NCBI GenBank assembly: GCA_964019425.1
Contig: OZ025792.1
Location: 806,001 to 870,000, forward strand
Source of the DNA: Flectonema sp. DT1601
Lineage: Eukaryota
Reading direction: 5' to 3'
DNA: 64,000 bases
Shown here: piece after piece, positions 1-11,246 of the stretch
How positions within the stretch are numbered: the first letter of the stretch is position 1
How the letters are laid out: every line of letters begins with the position of its first letter
Translations under genes and position numbers: made by a program
Notes under the pieces: generated by a model
Seen by the model: the letters and a program-made list of their open reading frames with translations, nothing else
What the model was told of the DNA's origin: nothing
Databases searched by the model: none

Positions 1-1774
1 GTTTTGTTTTGTTTTGTTTGCAACAAATGAATTTTTTCTGCGCGTTTTTTGAAATCAAAATCCTTTGCAGTTTGCAACTCAACAATCTGCAGTAGTCGGG
101 TGACCCAATTCTCTTATTGTGGAAACTTTTGGACTCGCAAAAATTTTCAAATGACTCTGCGACCAATCCTTTTAGAGGATCTGATAATGTGGTCTCCCAT
201 GACCGTATTTAGTCTTGCAGTTCATTGCCATGCTCAATTCAGTGCTGAAGATGGAAGTTGTCTTCTATTTTCTTTCAGTCAGGAGCGCAAGTTGCTGCAT
301 TTTCTTTTATTAACACATTTATCTTTACTAACTTAATATTATTATTTAATGATCAGCTCTCTAATATTCTTGAGGGTCAACATGAGAGTTAGCAACAGTT
401 ATGTTGGTGGAGGTTTGTCCTTCAAATCAACTCGCTGGCGACAACGATGCTGTTTTTGTTTTGGTTGGGTTGTTTTTGTAAGCTCAACTTTATTGATAAA
501 GTTGTGGCATTTTGCGGTAATTTATTCCTGTCATCTCTTCGGTAATCCTTTCTGTCACTTCTAATGAAAATCAGATACGTGTTACTGGTGAGGGAGTGAA
601 ACCGTACGAAGTTTATTTAATTGCTTTCGAGGGGATGCTAAAAATAAATAATCTCAATACCTCTGAAATACGTGAGACGTCGCTAATTGCTTACCTTTCT
701 TTTATTTTATGGTTTTCCGTTGGCTGAAGCTAAGCTGACAATCATTCTTATTGGATAGGGACCGTTCACTTTTGTGGAATACTTCTAGTACAAGATTCTT
801 TGTTTCTACTTTGTTCTATTTCTTACCTAGTTTGAGGGAACCAACCAAGCAGTGCAGTAAACGGTTCTTTGTTAACAAGGGGCTAAAAAATATTGTTTTG
901 GTAAAATCCCTTTTTTTTTTTTCAATCCTTATGTTAAGTACAACACCTGTTAAACAGATTTAAATATATTTCAAACCTCTCGGTGTTGTGGATAATTACA
1001 TTACTCTTCTTCATTTATCTTTGAAAGTTCACTTTTGTGTGAAGCGCTTCGTTTCATTGATATGGCTTTTGCTTCGCAATCTAAAAAACGTTTAAAAATA
1101 TGTTTGTAATTGTTGTTCTGTAATTGAATTCATGAACTTATTACAGCGGGGAACTTAATTAATGTTCAAAGTTAGGATCAGTTCATTTCTTATGAACGGC
1201 AGATGGCAGCGTTCTAGTGACTCTGTGTTCCGCTTCTTGTTTTGTCTTTGAAGGCGTCGTGCGTAAAGCACGGTGAGCAGTGAACCACACTGCGATGAAT
1301 CTACGCTGCCAACCTTCTTTTTTCGTTTGCGTCCTTTTCCCTGTGTAAAAGTTCATGTACCTTGAATAATCTCATACTAACTTGCAGATTGCTGAATGTG
1401 TGTTTCAGTATTTCAGCTATTTTTTTTTCCCCTTTTTTTTCTCTTTTTTTTTTTTGTGAATGCGATTTTTTTTTTTGTTGTTTTTTAATTTAGTACTTGT
1501 GGTACTTGTCGATCTTTATGGAAAGAAATCAGATCCGGGTTTGTGTCCTGTATGGAAGTGATAAACTTTTATGTTGCTCGTGTTTAGTTTTCTTTTACAG
1601 AAATTTCAGAGTTATAAATAAGAGAGGTCATCAGCCCTGCAATTTGGAGGCGCGTTATGACTCCAGCGTTGTTTAATTGGATTGGATGACAGCAAAATAT
1701 AAATTTAGTTTTTTTTAGAAAACTGATCGATTTAGTTTTCATCAACAGAAATAAAAGTTATTTGTAATAATATT

Positions 1775-2287
1775 ATGGGCTGCTCGCAATCACAGGAAGA
1801 GAAGAGAGTTAAGCACGCTCCAGCGAAGAGAGGTGTTGGGGGATTTGGAGCACCTACAGAAACTAAGAATCCAACACAGCTGCCGACTGGAATCTTTGAT
1901 GAAGGATCGTGGAATTCACTGCCTCCGTGTGATGTCGCTGATGAGATTCAGAACTTACATCCTTCAAAAGGAGGACCTGATAATGGAATAGTAATCCTAT
2001 CCAACTTGTACAGAGCAATCCATTTGTTGAGTGAAACAGGAAGACAAGACAAGGGAACGAGAAAGCTTCAAACCAATCTCATTGAAAGCAACGGCACTGT
2101 CCCCAATGCTGCGATGGAGATCGCTGAACACGTTGGTTTTATGAAAATACCGGACAAGCCAGAGAAGCTCCTCGCAGAAGACCCCAACACAGGAGCATAT
2201 GTCAGTAAATTAAGCAGCACTGAAATTAGAGTACTTCTCGACTACATTGAGGCGTGCATTGGAGGTGTTCCTCAGCTGTTCCCGTAG
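1775..2287 (+). CDS. Hypothetical 170-aa protein with N-terminal MGC dual-acylation motif; C-terminal half weakly PUB-domain-like
   Basis: Intact ORF starting MGCSQS (Gly2 myristoylation, Cys3 palmitoylation pattern), with AACAG acceptor-like site about 30 nt upstream; segment AAMEIAEHVGF resembles PUB-domain helix. Only clear plus-strand gene in the window. Confidence 0.7.
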   Translation: MGCSQSQEEKRVKHAPAKRGVGGFGAPTETKNPTQLPTGIFDEGSWNSLPPCDVADEIQNLHPSKGGPDNGIVILSNLYRAIHLLSETGRQDKGTRKLQTNLIESNGTVPNAAMEIAEHVGFMKIPDKPEKLLAEDPNTGAYVSKLSSTEIRVLLDYIEACIGGVPQLFP

Positions 2288-4468
2288 TGGCACACCACAT
2301 GTTTGGTCTCACACAAGTTTGCAATTGAAGTTGCGAGGACCGGAACGAGCGAAGACGGCATTCAACTAACTAATAAACTCATATTATAACTAACAAACAT
2401 TCAAAGTAGTTGAACTTCTTCTTCTTGTCAACACTAAATAGCGTCTTGACAGGCTCACGTGAAGAAATTAATTACTTGTCACGTTGTGAAGGCACGTGGC
2501 ATTTGACTCCCAGAAGGTTTTTGTACCTGTGGTTGACCTAAATTAAATAAAACCAGGGGCAGAAACGCGATAAATTACTTTTTTGATTTTTGTAAAAGCT
2601 TTTCTGTTCTTCACATTCTCCATTTTTAGCGTATGTTGCAGTTTTTATAACTTAGCTTTGTTCTCTACTTTTTTTTCTACTTGAGTGTTGCAATAATTCT
2701 TTTTTGGTATCGGCTCTCCTCAGTAGTGGACAAGCAGAATTTAGTAAGGATTTGAGGCTGAACCTCGAGCGGTCTTTAATTTTTTGGGTTTTTCTTTATT
2801 TCTTAAAAGGGGTGCGCGGTCTCAATTATTTCTTCTCTCCAACAGGGAAATAGATGTTCCCCTTCTGGTCGGGACTCTTTTTTAATAGCATTTTCTTTTC
2901 AAGAGATCAGAAAACTCAACAAAATAACTATTCGGTAGTTGGCTGGAAGGGATGGCTCTTAAAATTAAGAAGCAAATTCTGTATGCAGCTGATCCGCAAA
3001 CCAGAACTTCTATTTTTGTTTCTCTGAATAACTTTATTTTTTCCCCTGTTGAAAATCGGTTGTGTTGTCAACCCAAGGTTCGGCAATTAGCTTTCTATCA
3101 CAGATTCGGTTCGACAGGGCATCGGCAGGGAATGGGGTGGGATTAAAGATTATTGAGTGGTGAACACAGGATAGAGAAATCTGATATAGGGGAGATTGTT
3201 ATCGTTCAAAAGGCATGATGAATAGTAATTTTATTGCAGAAAGATAATCGGTGATTATGCAGATGGCCTATCGATATTTGTTAGCAGTAGACTCTGAAAT
3301 GAGTCTGTCAATAGAGAAGACGTAGTTTTTAGCCGGCATGGTTTGGGCTCTGTAGATTCCTAGACTGTATCTTCCATCAACTATAAAACTGGAGGCCCAT
3401 TTTACCTTTTAGATGATTTAGGCTTAGTACCTTGAGCACAACTGAATCGCGATGGAAGAACAACCTTTCAGTGGAATTGGTCTTCAAAAGATGGAATGCA
3501 CACTGCTTAGCTACATCTGCTGAACAGAAGTTTCATCCTGATATCTCTCGGAGTTTGCACTGGCCACTATAAATTAGGTGTCCCGTCGAATCGAAACGGC
3601 CCATTACAACCTACACAGAAGTAATCTGCACCACAGTGCATGTTTATTCAATTAACCCTTACACCGCCGTAGAACCCCCAAAACAGCAGGTCCAAAATTT
3701 TACTGTTTTTTCAAAAAGAGAAAAGGTAGAAAACCTATGTACCAAACCGGACACGACAGGTGCTATTGACCTGTGGTGCCCTGCACACCTAACGGTGCCT
3801 TAGTGCGTTGTTAGCAGGCACATTCAGCAGAATAAAGTCGCAGTGTCGCACTCAACAGTTTCCATCCATAGCATGTTATTCCTTTCCGGTATTTTGAAAG
3901 GGATGATGTTTCTGTGCAACATCATCCCATGTCAGAAGGGGCCCAAGTAAAGAGAATGCCAAATCACAGCCGATATTAAATTGAAAAATCAGCCCCTGTT
4001 TTTTGAGCTTGCAAAAGCCCTGTGGTAGCGGGGAATACACAAACAACCCGCATCATGGCACAGCAGGTTCAGACACAGGAGGGTTACCACATGGTGTAAG
4101 GGTTAAGTATACTTCTTTACCAGGTGCATACAGTATAGGAAGGCTAATTACTTTTTTTTTTAATTGACTGATAATGTAATTGCTGTAATTATAAATATCC
4201 TGGTGTATAAAAAGTCTCCAAATCAGCAAAAAATGGCCAAATCCACCACCTTTATTTATATCCAAAGTTTTTTTAGTATCATTCACAGAAAACACTTTGC
4301 AAAATTCAGATTCCAGAAATTTTTTTTTTTCTTTTTGACCTTTTTTCTTTGACTTTGGTAAATTATCGACATTTTGAACTGGTTAAAGTTCTACAGGCTG
4401 GTCTTGTGTCCTGCACTGTTGATCTCTTCTTATGGTCTGTGTTGAAGTATGCAATCGCCCTTGGCAAC

Positions 4469-4740
4469 AAAATTTTTTTCTCATCACTTTTTATATTTTA
4501 AGAAAATGGTTAACAGGAATTTATGAAGACTTTTGGGTAGATCAAGAGATAACTATAAAAAATGTGTTGCACCTTTTTTAGGAGATCTGTAGCAAAAAAT
4601 TGAAAAAATAAATTTTTCAGAAAATATTATAAAGGAAAACTTTTTTTAACTGCCTACTAAATTGGCAACCATACACCTAAATTTCAAAACCATACCAAAA
4701 AAAATTTTTCATCACATTTTATACTTTAAGAAAATGGTTA
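4469..4740. repeat. Degenerate direct repeat of about 42 bp (4469-4512 and 4701-4740)
   Basis: Both copies read aaaattttt..catcac.ttt.ata.tttaagaaaatggtta. Confidence 0.6.
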
Positions 4741-5456
4741 GCCATTTTCTAGACCTGCTTGGGCACAAAAATCCAGCATTTTTCCTTAGGCAAAATTATT
4801 TCTTACATTTCTTACTTACTTCCTACTGAAGAAAATTGGCAGCTTAAATTTGCTTGCGGGAAGAAAATAAGCAGCCAAAATTTGCTCAGAAGTGCTACAT
4901 AAGCATTGATTGCGGAAAGGTGGCAAATAACTGCAAAAATGAAAGGGATTATTTATTACCCAGATTGTCTAAACCATAACAAAAAGACAGCTTGGCACCA
5001 AAACTCTAAAATCTTTCTCCACTCAGAAATTTGTGAAGCCTTTTCGAGATCGATAGATTGAGAGATAACCATAAAAAAGGTGTACCCTGTTTTTTTGGAG
5101 GTGGCGCAAAAAGCAGTAAAAAAAAAAAAAAAAAAAATTCCATGACAAAGGCAAAGAACTGCAAAAGCAGCAATTTTCTTTCCGCAAACGCCCGCCGTGG
5201 GTCATCAGATCATTTGGTAGTGCCAATTCCGGGTCAATTTGCAACACTCTACTTTTCTTCCTGTAATGCACCAGTCAACACTTACTTAACACCAGACCAG
5301 CTTGCGGGAAAAAACAGAAGCCTTATTTTCAGTACGGGGGTAGCTAGGCCTGGTGCAGTCAAAGGCCATCTCATGTGCATGAGTTCTGTTGCGGGCTGGG
5401 GCGAGCCGTGGTTTGTGAAGCAGGGGGATGTTCTGCTGAAGCAGCTGCGAATGCAG

Positions 5457-5596
5457 CATATGAGGCGGTGCAGAAACCCCCCCCCATCTTTTCGTATCGT
5501 ATTAAAGGTCCCCCCCAATTTTTACCAGGCTATTCTGTGGGCACCTAATACCCAATCCGAGCTCACCACCCCACGAAAATAGTATCCAAAAAACTC
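5457..5596 (+). repeat. Extra truncated copy of the left terminal repeat of the TIR element
   Basis: catatgaggcggtgcagaaacccc...tttaccaggctattctgtgggcacctaatacccaat...ccccacgaaaatagtatccaaaaaactc is nearly identical to the copy starting at 5710, with a 24-nt insert inside the C-run. Confidence 0.85.
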
Positions 5597-5709
5597 CAAA
5601 AAACATTATTCCATCAAAGGATTAACGAAAGAAAAGAATTCAAATGCGACTCGAAAAAAAAAAAGAAAATGATAATAAAACGTTTCGAAGTAAATTCAAC
5701 GAAGCAGTT

Positions 5710-7440
5710 ATATGAGGCGGTGCAGAAACCCCCCACCAATTTTTACCAGGCTATTCTGTGGGCACCTAATACCCAATCTGAGCTCACCACCCCACGAAAA
5801 TACTATCCAAAAAACTCAAATCCGGTACTGGGGCATCCTCTAACTGCTCACCAGTTTCAAAATTCTATATTTTTTGACTGTTTCTGGTACTTTTGCCTTG
5901 TGTCTCTGTTGGTTGCCCTCAAAATGCTCAAAAACCAGCTTAGCAGCTACATTGCAGAAATTTGTTTACACCCTGGGTTCCTATGAAGACTGGGATGATA
6001 GGAACTGGAGAAGTGATGAGACAGGGGAATCTGAGAACTGCAGAGTACGATATCGGGTGGTGATTCTGAGTCACCCTCGCTGGCAGTGATGGGTTGAGCA
6101 TGATGTGGGCATGCTGTTCACAATAAGTGCACCCTCAGGGTTACTGGGGTTTTTCTAGAATCTATAGCCGCTTGAGGACGCTGCTACAAGCTCTATGTTC
6201 CAGTGGCTGGGGATGGCAGAAGTGAATAAGACCGAGGAAAGGAATTGTGGAAGAATAGGGACAAGAAAGTGGAGTCAGTGGTTGCCTGTCAGTTGTAACG
6301 CCTGACATGAAAAATCAGGTTCAATAAGAACTGGTAACCACTAGTGGTACCATAATATAAAACTCCTCCAAGTATCAAAAAAAAGGAGAGAGGCAGTTAC
6401 TATTACTGTATCAACTAGTCGATAATAACTCCCCTCTAAAAGACACTATCTCATACACACAGTACTGTTCTCTACCTGGAGTTGAGTTTCAGCAGTTTCG
6501 GCGCTGTATGGATGTGTGCAACTACCGTCTCGCAGGCAGCAATCTCTGAAAGAAGCTTGCCTTCCCGGCATCTTCAGTATTCGCCACATGTATCTGTGAT
6601 GTTGACAGACGTAATGGGTGGATCTCTGGGGCCTTCAACATCCTTCTGGCGCTCATAAAGTCCGAAGCTGGGAAGCGAACAACAATGAGAGGAATTATTG
6701 AAATAGATTCTCACATTGGAGATAAGAGACATGTCAGGTGTATTGAGAAGATACATCTAATCCATCCTGGTGACTATATCATGACTCTGGGTTATAAAGA
6801 AAAGGACTTCTAATGACAGAAGGGCCAAATTCCCCTTTCTATCAACAGGGGAAATAGTCTGCTTGGGTGTGTACTACATGAGCAGTTTGGAACTGAGGTT
6901 CAGTGTGGCCATAACAACTTCCTACTCCCACACATCAACCAGAATGCGATAGTAACGTATCCGGTTATGAATAAGTTCTTCTTGATGTCTGAGAATGACA
7001 AGATGATTCACTATCGGGCTGATGCTGGTAGGCAGCTTGAGAACACAACCGTCATCAGCCTGTTCTGTAAAATAGGTTGATCAGCTTGGGTTAACTTTTT
7101 CCCTAGTCGGCATGGCAAGTCCGAATGTGGTTGACACTTTGGCAATATCACATCTGTGCTGACACTCGCATCTAAATCGCAGGAAATCTGGGCCTTCAAG
7201 AAAAACAAAATTTCAAACATAATTTCTACCAGTGCCACACAGCTTGCAAGGCAAATGTTACTAGAAACAGTCAAAAAAGTGAAATTTTTAAACTGGTGGG
7301 CAGTAAAAGGGTTCCCCAGTACCGGATTTGAGTCTTTTGGATACTATTTTCGTGGGGTGGTGGGCTCGGATTGGGTGTTAGGTGCCCACGGGATAGCCTG
7401 GTAAAAATTGGGGGGGGGGGTTTCTGCACATCCTCATATG
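5710..7440. mobile_element. Putative non-autonomous DNA transposon bounded by about 190-bp terminal inverted repeats (5710-5900 and 7247-7440)
   Basis: Reverse complement of 7247-7440 aligns with 5710-5900 (catatgagg..gtgcagaaacccc..aatttttaccaggctat..gtgggcaccta..cccaat..ccccacgaaaata..tccggtactgggg..ttttttgactgtttct..tttgccttg). No recognisable transposase inside. Confidence 0.6.
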
Positions 7441-7618
7441 TTTAGTGTTGGCGGAACCCGCCAGGGTGAGCTGGAAGAGCAGCTGGGGATTGAGGGTGAT
7501 GACCCCTTGGACCCCAATGCGACTATTGTAAAACGAAAATTGAAGAAATCATCAGGTAAGACTCATACAACAAGAAAGCGGTGCGGGGAAACGGGAAAGT
7601 AATCTGCTGGGGTCTGGG

Positions 7619-7733
7619 AAGTAATTTGCTTCCCATGTCTGTACAGCACCTGAATAAAGAATATAAAGTAATACGCGCAACTGGCAGAACAGATACTAAG
7701 GACATTCATGCGACCCTACCCTAGTCTTAGATA
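7619..7733 (+). repeat. Left arm of 115-bp inverted repeat (partner 10095-10209)
   Basis: Ungapped alignment to the reverse complement of 10095-10209 with 8 mismatches (counted by hand). Confidence 0.9.
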
Positions 7734-8770
7734 GGTTCACCGCGTGTTTTGAATTGAAGGGTGGGAGTGGGTGGCTGTGAACTGCAGAAGAAGTTCGATA
7801 ATAACGATAAAACTAATAACAGTACCACTCACGCCGAATATATAATATGCACGAGGTAAGGGAAGTGGAATAAAATAAGCACAAAGTAATTTCGGTAGTT
7901 TATGTTTTCTTTATCATCGGCGCTGCTTTAGGGCATGGTAGCAAATTACCTAAACGCAATGACAAACCCCAGGGCAAATGCAAGTGAGGTTGTGTCCCCT
8001 TCTAAAAAGGCACAGGCTGTCGTTAATTACAGGCACCCAACGATCAGAACGAAACAATGTTCGCATCCTCCCAACTGCTGCTAGTTCGACGAAACACATC
8101 AGAAAAAGCACATCAGAAAAAAGCTGCATCCCCATCATCACCTCGGTATCAAAGCTGCCATCAATAGCCAAGCTTCCATCGGTCACAGGCACTCGACGAA
8201 GCATAAGCGAAGCAGAAAGGGACCCTGTTTACATCCTCTCAGCCACAAAGACACTGTTACTCTTAGGTGCTCAACGGAATCAAAACACATTAAGCCGGGA
8301 TCATATCCCAATCACAAGTTCAAGGTTGATATCAATAAGCAAGTCAGAACGGAACCCCATTCACATCCTCCCAGCTACAAAGATGCTGTTGCCTTTAGGT
8401 GCTTGAAAGGGTCGAGGCACACTGAGGCGAAGCCATATCTCAATTGTACAGTCGATAGTAGATGCTCGACAAAGCCTGAATGCAGTAAAACAACAAAGCC
8501 TTGTCCTGAAACCCAAAGGCAAGCTATTAATTATAGAAACTCGGCGGCGCTTAAACAGGTTGATTCTGAGACAGGACCCCACAAGTTCAGAGCCTCAGGA
8601 AGACATGGGTACACGAACGAAGCTAAGCCCAGGGCCCAAGGCATCAGGCAAGAACTTGGCAACTCAGGCCAAATTCAAAGGAACCCAAAGGCCAGTTCGT
8701 TCAAATACTCCACCAAAAACCTGTTCAACACTGCAGAATAATAGGAAGTCCCGATCGCACAACAGACAGA

Positions 8771-9482
8771 GTGCTAACGGAAGGCTCACAAGAGAATATT
8801 GTTGGAAATATCCTGCTGAACATGATGGAAGGTGGCAAATTTTTGGGAATGGACAATGGACCGCTCCTAAGTCTGGCTGAAGCACTGGGAGCATCAGGTG
8901 CAGCAATTCCTCTGGAGCAGGCCTTGCCTATAAAGCATGTCGGCCTGATAAACTGGGCAAAAGTGCAGAACAAGCGGGCCTGCCTGGCAATGTTGGTTTG
9001 TTGGAAGGCAGCATCAAGGTGGGGCGAGACTGCTGCTTTATCAAGGGATCAGTTCATAGTACTAAGGCCGTACGAAATAATAATCGATTGGTTTCGCACA
9101 CCCAAGGGAAGGAAAGCAAATCCATACTCGCCCAGCAGGTGGGCAGTCATCAGTGGAAGGCATGCCGATCAGAGACTCTGGTAAGGCAAATGGGAGACTT
9201 CGAACAACCCCACCTGGGATACTTCAAGGCTGGTGAAGGAATTCCAGAAGGACAACACCATGAAGAAATACACCGCCCATTCGATAAAGCGAGGTGCCAT
9301 CAGCTGTCTGTTAGGGGTGCTCGCAACAAGACGGCGACAGTCAGGAATCAGCGAAATCCTGATAAGCAGATTAGCAAAGCATGCAGGGACTTCACCGATA
9401 TCGAGCACAACCCAGGTATGGGGGAAATCCTATTGCAATGGCCAGGGCACTGAGAACAGCGGATGTCACTCGTTCCCTTTGA
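8771..9482 (+). pseudogene. Frameshifted tyrosine recombinase of the retrotransposon
   Basis: Catalytic motifs across frames: WKAASRWGE (Arg), TPKG (Lys), YTAHSIKRGA (His..Arg box), RLAKH, and after a frameshift TRYGGNPIAMARAL (Tyr), stop at 9480-9482. Confidence 0.8.
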
Positions 9483-9529
9483 GGGGTGATATTGGACGGT
9501 CAGATGAGCGAGAAGTGATTCGAAAAATG

Positions 9530-10094
9530 TCAACTCAATTCACGCATCGTTCCAAAAGTACACGTTTGCCCATCACACCTGATGAACACCCTGCACCGCT
9601 TCATGTTTCAAAGGCGGGGCCTATGGATGTACCTTTTTTATTAAAGAGGATGCTACCTAAGGTTAAGCGCTTTCACAGATTCCGCAATATCAATTGAGAG
9701 GGGCTTTCAGTCGAAGTTTAGCAGTAAGCATGCTTCGGGGTTGGTGCAATGTGGGGTTGCAGTTTCAAGCCTGTCCTTATCTCGGAGCTGTGCACCCTGA
9801 AGTTGCATCTTGCAGGGATTTTAAAACTGGGTTCTATCAGATAAGTATTCCAGTAGAGTCTAGACCCTTCTTCGCTTTTTATGGCTCTTCTGGTAAGTCA
9901 TATGCTCTTACTCGTTTACCGATGGGGCATGTATGTGCACCTGAGCTTATGAACACCATTGCGGCAGTTGTTGCAGGCGACCCGCTTTTTGTTTTAGAAC
10001 AACATGCAGAGAGAGATGTCAGCATTCATTGGCGGATCGATAATATTCGTCTCTTTGGGCCAAGACAGGCTGTTCAGGCTGCCACTTCTCGGCA
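9530..10094 (+). pseudogene. Truncated reverse transcriptase (DIRS/TATE-type)
   Basis: Motifs DFKTGFYQISIP, RPFFAF, LTRLPMGHVCAPELM and WRIDNIRL (YxDD-equivalent); ends abruptly at the right inverted repeat with no RNase H. Confidence 0.8.
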
Positions 10095-10209
10095 TATCTA
10101 AGATTAGGATAGGGTCACATGAATGTCCTTAGTATCTGTTCTGCCAGTTGTGCGTATTAATTTATATTCTTTATTCAGGTGCTGTGCAGACATGGAAAGC
10201 GAATTACTT
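10095..10209 (-). repeat. Right arm of 115-bp inverted repeat (partner 7619-7733)
   Basis: About 93% identical to the reverse complement of 7619-7733. Confidence 0.9.
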
Positions 10210-10472
10210 GACCACTTCTCATAGCAGAAGGGGCATTTGTAAAGGGCCTGAAAAAATTGTGCATAGTGTGAAAGGTATGGTATCTTTCTCATAGCTTGTA
10301 GAATTATCAGCAGGGATAATAACAACAAAGACATGCTTGGACAGAGGCAGGGGATCAAGGAAATGGCTTGCACCTGTTTGCTCCCAGAGCAGACCTGCCT
10401 TGCCATGTGTTCATACCTTCGCGGCTAGGTAGGTTTCGAAAGAAGTATGATGATCCAGCCGGCGAACCATGA

Positions 10473-11125
10473 TTAAACTTGAGGGAAACCATGATTAAAC
10501 TTTTCGGAAGTAATATTTAGACGTCTTCGAATTGCAGCTGCAACATTGCCATCGTCAATATATAACTTGATAAAGCTGTGACAAGCTACTGCGAGGTTCT
10601 TAAACTTGTATCCTCGGTTGAGTAGTCTGTATGTTACGAACTCGAACTCTTGTAGAAGATCTGTCTGATTATTACAGATTCTGAGTGCTCGTAGGAGCAT
10701 GGTGGTGAATATATCGATTCTTGAGCAGCCGAGTGCTGGTGAGTGAATCTTGTTGGTATTATGTGCCATCTACGCGCTTTGTCGTTAACGCTAAGACGTA
10801 TCCATCTGTTGTTTGATTTTGTGGTTTCGATTCGAATTCTAATTCCGATGTATGAAACATCATCAATACCATTAGAGGTCTCGGTGTAGTTCAGTTGGAA
10901 TATAATTCTGCTGGTGGGTTGCAGTTCCATGTAAGGAAATCGTCTATGTACCGGCAAGAGTAGTCGTGTTTGCGTGCTAAATCTAACCCTCCTTTTGCTA
11001 CAAGGTCATCCATAAATTTAGATTCGATTCTGTAACAGTAGAGATTAGCTATATCGCTACTTGCGTTGCTGCCCATGGGAATGCCAACTACATGTCTCCA
11101 TAGTTTTCCTCCGAGATAGTGAAAA
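10473..11125 (-). mobile_element. 5'-truncated, frameshifted Penelope-like element (PLE) reverse transcriptase, C-terminal part
   Basis: FHYLGGKLWRHVVGIPMGSNASSDIANLY and CRYIDDFL, then (other frames) VSYIGIRI..LSVNDK and thumb-like FTTMLLRALRICNNQ..RLLNRGY. ORF stops without a GIY-YIG domain; 5' junction abuts a (TTTA)n microsatellite. Confidence 0.85.
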
Positions 11126-11178
11126 CAAATAATAAATAAATAAATTCTTCTGCTGTTCCATAATACACTGCAGAATAC

Positions 11179-11246
11179 GTAGTTTCAGGCCTTAATCTTA
11201 TACTACTTGTCCCTTTTTAGGCTTTCATCAGTAAGTTCTAAGGGAC
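11179..11246 (-). ncRNA. Putative hammerhead ribozyme with non-circularly permuted (pseudoknotted) strand order
   Basis: Minus strand: GUCCCUU AGAA CUUA CUGAUGA AAGCCU AAA AAGGGAC AA GUAG UA UAAG AUUA AGGCCU GAAA CUAC. Full core (CUGAUGA, GAAA, UH); stem I CUUA/UAAG, stem II AAGCCU/AGGCCU (one mismatch), stem III GUAGU/ACUAC, extra 7-bp helix GUCCCUU/AAGGGAC. Confidence 0.7.

Larger units (their letters stand above)
7734..10094 (+). mobile_element. Decayed TATE/VIPER-like tyrosine-recombinase (DIRS-order) retrotransposon
   Basis: Order: repetitive gag-like region (about 7980-8900), then tyrosine recombinase, then RT, with multiple frameshifts. YR upstream of RT is the arrangement of euglenozoan VIPER/TATE elements. 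Confidence 0.8.

Noticed and set aside
3240..3620. YADGLSIF peptide suggesting a decayed non-LTR RT
   Set aside because: Single weak motif among stops; no supporting RT motifs recognised.
5058..5986. Plus-strand ORFs of 174 and 105 aa
   Set aside because: They run through poly-A tracts and the terminal repeats; shared peptide just reflects the DNA repeat.
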